A DNA stretch of 64,000 nucleotides, taken from contig JAHPZA010000006.1 of assembly GCA_019058445.1 (NCBI GenBank), positions 928,001 to 992,000 on the forward strand, in the 5' to 3' direction. The notes under the pieces were generated by a model. It saw only the letters and a list, made by a program, of their open reading frames with translations. It did not search any database and was not told the origin of the DNA. Within the stretch, counting starts at the first letter, position 1. Every line of letters begins with the position of its first letter. This DNA comes from Promethearchaeota archaeon. Its GTDB lineage: Archaea; Asgardarchaeota; Lokiarchaeia; Sigyniarchaeales; SOKP01. This document shows positions 59,640 to 64,000 of the stretch, piece after piece. The position numbers and the translations under genes were made by a program.

Positions 59640-61463
59640 TTAAAATTCATATTTTTGTAAATTATTGCAGATATCTCTATTTAAGGGTGTATATTCTGAA
59701 CTCCCTGGTAACAACACATACATAGGATCTTCAACGGTTTCAATATCAAAGCACTCTTTTTTTAGCTGGACTTTTTTAAGCTTAAAGGTTGCCGTAGTTG
59801 CCAATTTTGATTTAAATCTAAGGAAGATGGGAACACCATAAGGAGGAAGATTTTTCTTTAGATGTTCAGCCAGTCCTTTTAAATCAAATTCTTCAAGCGA
59901 AACACTAGGTAATATTGCCGCCATACCAACCCGCCCATCAGTATCGGGTATCTGAACACCATAGACGCTTGAAAATAACACTTGATCGAAAGTATTGATA
60001 ACTTGTTCTACTTCTGTGGTGGATATATTATGTCCTTTCCAACGAAATGTATCTCCAAGGCGATCTACAAATTGAGCATGGGTATGACCAATATCTCTCA
60101 TTAAGTCCCCCGTATTAAACCAGATATCTCCTTTTTTAAATACATCATGAAAAATTTTCTCATCAGTTGCCTTTTTATCAGTATATCCTCTAAATACCAT
60201 TGTACTTGTAATCTCAAATAATAATAATCCGGATTCACCAAGGTTAACTCTTTCCATAAAACCTTCCTCATTCTTGATAGGCTTTTCGGTATCTGGATCG
60301 AATTTAACAATAGCATAAGGAAAAAAGGTCATACCTACCGTATTGTCAAAATTCAAAACATTGAAAAATCCTCCAACACTTTCAGTAGCATTGTAATATT
60401 CTCCAATTTTTTCGATGTTAAATCGAGTTTTAAAATCTTTCCAAATTTCATAGCGAAGTCCCGGTCCAATGACCACTCTTACTGAATTATCGGCATCATC
60501 TGGTTTTGGGGGTTGATTCATCAGATATCTACATATCTCACCGATGTAATTAAAGCCAGTAGCGTTATATTTACGAATTTCATCCCAAAAACGACTTATA
60601 CTGAATTTTCGTCCAATAGCTACCGCTGCGCCCCCACCAAATGCGGATGCACATCCGGGTCCTAAAGAATTTGAATGAAATAACGGAAGGGGAACATACA
60701 AAGTATCTTCGGGTGTAAACTCTGCTATTATCTGTCCAAATAAAAGATAACAAGCCACCATTGTATAATTGGCAAACCGCGTAGCTTTGGGAAACCCTGT
60801 AGTACCTGAAGTGAATATATAAGCAATAATATCAGAAGTTTTGATGTCGTATGTGGTCGAGGGATTGTCCACGGGAAAATTTATTACCTCCTTGGAAAGA
60901 TCAATGAAATCTCCAGGAATTGAGATTAAACCTTGGTCCGGCAAGAAATAGAGTTTTTGGTCTTTTGATAAGTCTAAATCGGATTTTACAGCATTGAAGC
61001 TCTCATAACAGTTTTCACCAACAATAATAAGCTTTCCAGGGGTGAGTTCTAAACAATGTGCCAGGGACATTTCGCGCATATCGATATTGATTAGAGACGC
61101 TATTACCCCAGTTTTACCAGCAGCTGTTAAGATCATTAAATATTCAGGTCGATTGGTCATCATCAGCTCAATTACATCCCCTTTTTTTAGGCCCAAAGAG
61201 AGTATAAAATGGGCGTATCGATTTACCCATTCATTGAATTCTTTATAAGTAAGTGTTATGTCTTCGAATATGATAGCAGTCTTATCAGCATATGTTTCTG
61301 CGTTTTCTTCAACAAGTTGGCCCCAAGAAACTTTGTTCTCCTCAACAGTAGCGTTTAATTTTGCGATATCACTTCCATGTTTTCTGATAAACCTCATATT
61401 TCTTTTTCGAAACTCTCTAGTAGGAATCAGATCAGATTCTTTTGACTCATCCTTTTCTATCAA
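59640..61463 (-). CDS. long-chain acyl-CoA synthetase, FATP type
   Basis: YIFTSGTTGFPKA, FVDRLGDTFRWKGHNISTTEVE. Confidence 0.9.
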   Translation of the reverse strand: MIEKDESKESDLIPTREFRKRNMRFIRKHGSDIAKLNATVEENKVSWGQLVEENAETYADKTAIIFEDITLTYKEFNEWVNRYAHFILSLGLKKGDVIELMMTNRPEYLMILTAAGKTGVIASLINIDMREMSLAHCLELTPGKLIIVGENCYESFNAVKSDLDLSKDQKLYFLPDQGLISIPGDFIDLSKEVINFPVDNPSTTYDIKTSDIIAYIFTSGTTGFPKATRFANYTMVACYLLFGQIIAEFTPEDTLYVPLPLFHSNSLGPGCASAFGGGAAVAIGRKFSISRFWDEIRKYNATGFNYIGEICRYLMNQPPKPDDADNSVRVVIGPGLRYEIWKDFKTRFNIEKIGEYYNATESVGGFFNVLNFDNTVGMTFFPYAIVKFDPDTEKPIKNEEGFMERVNLGESGLLLFEITSTMVFRGYTDKKATDEKIFHDVFKKGDIWFNTGDLMRDIGHTHAQFVDRLGDTFRWKGHNISTTEVEQVINTFDQVLFSSVYGVQIPDTDGRVGMAAILPSVSLEEFDLKGLAEHLKKNLPPYGVPIFLRFKSKLATTATFKLKKVQLKKECFDIETVEDPMYVLLPGSSEYTPLNRDICNNLQKYEF

Positions 61464-61716
61464 TTTAGATAAACCTTTCTTTTTAATTTATTAATCAAAA
61501 TGGAGTTTTTCTTCTTTTGTCGAAATAAATTTCATTAGAATTATTTTGTTTTTTCGAGTTATAAATCTTCTATTCTTGAATTTAAAGCTAACTCAAATAT
61601 TCGGTGAATGGTGTTTGAAAACGGTATAAACTTTAAAATTTTCAAGAAATCACAAATTTACAAGGAAAAACTAAAGAGATTGAAGGATAAAAATAAAGAT
61701 AAACTATTATTTGGAA

Positions 61717-63555
61717 TTAAAATACGTATTTTTGATTTAGTATATTTTCATAAATATTCTTTTTCAAGGGCGTAAAACCTGATTCACCCGGCAACATTAC
61801 ATACATCGGATCGTCAATATTCTCAAAATTGAAGCCTTCCTTTTTCAATTGTACTTTTTTAAGTTTAAAAGTGGCTGTGATTGCCAATTTCGATTTAAAC
61901 CTAAGGAAAATTGGAATTCCATAAGAAGGGAGGTTTTTTTTAAGATGATCAGTCAGTCCTTTTAGATCAAAATCTTCAATTGAAACGGTTGGCACTATGG
62001 ATGCCATTCCTGCTCTTCCTTCAGTTCTTGGTATTTTCACACCATAGGCAGTTGAAAACAATACTTGATCGAAGCTATTAATTATTTTCTCAACTTCAGT
62101 GGTGGAAATGTTGTGTCCCTTCCAGCGAAATGTATCTCCGAGGCGATCAACAAATTGGGCATGGTTATTTCCAATATCCCTCATTAAGTCCCCCGTATTA
62201 AACCATGTATCTCCTTTTTTAAAGACATTACGAAATATTTTCGCTTCGGTTGCATTTTTATCCGTATATCCCCGAAAATAAGACGTCCCTGTTATCTCGA
62301 AAAGTAATAATCCAGATTCACCAAGTTCAACCCTTTGCATAAATCCATCATCATTTAGGATAAGTTTTTCTTCTTCATGATTGTATTGAACAATAGCATA
62401 AGGTGCAATACAAGCACCTACAGTACAATCAAAATTCAACATATTAGCAAATGCCGCAACAGCTTCGGTTGCAGAGTAGTATTCTCCAATTTTTTCGATA
62501 TTAAATCGCTCTTTAAAATCTTTCCAGATTTCATGACGTAGTCCTGCACCGATGACAACTCGCACGTTATTTTCTACATCATCAGGTTTGGGAGGTTGAT
62601 TCATCAAGTATCTGCATACTTCTCCAATATAATTAAAAGCTGTTGCATTATATTTGCGGATCTCATCCCAGAATCGGCTCACACTGAATTTTCGTCCTAT
62701 AGCTAAAGATGCGCCACCTCCAAAGGCAGATCCACAACCTGCTCCTTGAGAATTCGAATGAAAGAGTGGAAGTGAAACGTACATTGTATCATTAGGGGTT
62801 AATTCGGCTATTACTTGCCCAAACGCGTAATAACAAGCAACCATAGTAGAATGAGCAAATTTAACTGCTTTCGGAAACCCCGTAGTGCCTGAAGTAAAAA
62901 TATAAGTAATAGTATCAGAAGTTTTTACGTCTTTTGTAGTTGAAGGATTGTCTATAGGAAAACTTTTAACTTCTTGGGAAAGATCAATAAAACCTTCTGG
63001 TGTAGGGATCAACCCTTGGTCAGGAAAGAAACAAAGAAGTTGATGTTCTGAGAGGTCAATATCTGATTTCACTTTACTAAATGTATCAAAACAGTTTTCA
63101 TCAACTATAATAATTTTTCCGGGAGTAAGTTTTAAACAATGGGCCAGGGACATTTCGCGCAGATCAATATTAATTAAAGAAGTAATTGCCCCAATTTTAC
63201 CAACAGCATATACAATCATTAGATATTCCGGTCGATTTGTCATCATTAATTCCACTACGTCCCCTTTTTTCAAGCCTAAAGAGAGAAAATAATGGGCATA
63301 ACGGTTAACCCATTCATTAAACTCTTTATAAGTCAGCGTAATATCCTCAAATTTGATAGCGATATTATCAGAATATATTTCTGCATTAGTCTCAACAAGT
63401 TCGCCCCATGAAACCTTATTTTCCTCGAGTTTTTTTGTATATTCGACTAAAGCATTAGCATGCTTTCTCATAAATCTCATATTTCTTTTTCTATATTCCC
63501 TATTAGGAATAAGATCTTGTTCTTTCAACTCAGTCTCTTCTAACATTATAGCCAC
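61717..63555 (-). CDS. long-chain acyl-CoA synthetase, FATP type
   Basis: YIFTSGTTGFPKA, FVDRLGDTFRWKGHNISTTEVE. Confidence 0.9.
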   Translation of the reverse strand: MAIMLEETELKEQDLIPNREYRKRNMRFMRKHANALVEYTKKLEENKVSWGELVETNAEIYSDNIAIKFEDITLTYKEFNEWVNRYAHYFLSLGLKKGDVVELMMTNRPEYLMIVYAVGKIGAITSLINIDLREMSLAHCLKLTPGKIIIVDENCFDTFSKVKSDIDLSEHQLLCFFPDQGLIPTPEGFIDLSQEVKSFPIDNPSTTKDVKTSDTITYIFTSGTTGFPKAVKFAHSTMVACYYAFGQVIAELTPNDTMYVSLPLFHSNSQGAGCGSAFGGGASLAIGRKFSVSRFWDEIRKYNATAFNYIGEVCRYLMNQPPKPDDVENNVRVVIGAGLRHEIWKDFKERFNIEKIGEYYSATEAVAAFANMLNFDCTVGACIAPYAIVQYNHEEEKLILNDDGFMQRVELGESGLLLFEITGTSYFRGYTDKNATEAKIFRNVFKKGDTWFNTGDLMRDIGNNHAQFVDRLGDTFRWKGHNISTTEVEKIINSFDQVLFSTAYGVKIPRTEGRAGMASIVPTVSIEDFDLKGLTDHLKKNLPSYGIPIFLRFKSKLAITATFKLKKVQLKKEGFNFENIDDPMYVMLPGESGFTPLKKNIYENILNQKYVF

Positions 63556-63769
63556 ACCATTCTTTTTTATTCTTAAAATAAAATGTCTGTTAAGATTTCG
63601 TTTTTAAAAAAATTTTATTAGAACTAATATGTTTTTTTGCAATTATAAATCTTACATTCCAAAATATTTCAAATACTCAGATCTTTGGTGGAAAATAGTT
63701 AGAAGTGGTAATATTCTTAGAAAAAACTAAAATTAATAAAATAAAAATTGATATTTTTTGGTAGAATAA

Positions 63770-64000
63770 TTACTTAAGAAAATCGATAATAATTTTATTC
63801 ACTCTTTCTGGTTCTGGTGAAAATAGATCATGTCCAAGATTATCGAATAATTCTAATCTTGCACCAGGAATATTAGTGGCTAATGTTCCAGCATTTTTAT
63901 AGGGGATGAGAAGATCTTGCTTGCCGTGCAATACTAAGGTAGGAACACCGATTTTTTTTAGTCTCCTGCCTGCATTAAATCGTCCAGCAGCTAAAATATT
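63770..64000 (-). CDS. alpha/beta hydrolase, C-terminal fragment (truncated by window edge)
   Basis: Manual translation ...IGVPTLVLHGKQDLLIP...NIPGARLELFDNLGHDLF.PEPERVNKIIIDFLK*, with catalytic Asp and His motifs. Confidence 0.8.
   Translation of the reverse strand, partial: NILAAGRFNAGRRLKKIGVPTLVLHGKQDLLIPYKNAGTLATNIPGARLELFDNLGHDLFSPEPERVNKIIIDFLK

Noticed and set aside
2354-63607. Numerous 60-110 aa antisense or alternate-frame ORFs in the track (e.g. 2354, 4675, 8022, 18249, 35075, 42315, 52191, 61042)
   Set aside because: They overlap well-supported genes and carry no motifs; treated as shadow ORFs.
1-64000. CRISPR array, IS elements, prophage, rRNA or tRNA genes
   Set aside because: No periodic repeats, transposase, integrase or capsid ORFs, or GC-rich structured RNA stretches were seen on reading; a covariance-model scan was not possible.

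Overview
AT-rich archaeal chromosomal segment, most consistent with Asgard archaea of the Lokiarchaeia/Promethearchaeota type. This is an inference from the archaeal uS2, GGTGA/GGAGG ribosome-binding sites, poly-T terminators, low GC and paralog-rich catabolic genes. I found no rRNA, tRNA, CRISPR array, transposase or integrase. The left half mixes housekeeping and accessory genes: an orphan N6-adenine methyltransferase; co-oriented E1alpha/E1beta-flavoprotein-Fe-S genes lacking E2/E3; two radical SAM enzymes; a ThDP enzyme; TauE; CooC; rps2; LeuCD-type dehydratase; tmk; aroE and aroK. It also holds a cluster of small membrane zinc-ribbon proteins with a LITAF-like CxxC-hydrophobic-CxxC layout, plus a collapsed duplicate of that cluster. 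The right half (~33.5-64 kb) is a large catabolic region: two thiolase-like paralogs, two MFS transporters, an ElaC/AtsA metallohydrolase, seven sulfatase-superfamily genes (six Cys-type, one Thr-type), a ribbon-helix-helix regulator with a candidate palindromic operator, a polytopic chemoreceptor, a carboxylesterase, three tandem FATP-type acyl-CoA synthetases and an alpha/beta hydrolase. I also read several genes missed or truncated by the ORF track: a His/Cys-rich 54-aa peptide, a 56-aa zinc ribbon, a CTG-initiated DUF3795 protein and two edge partial genes. All calls come from motif recognition by eye; no database searches were run.
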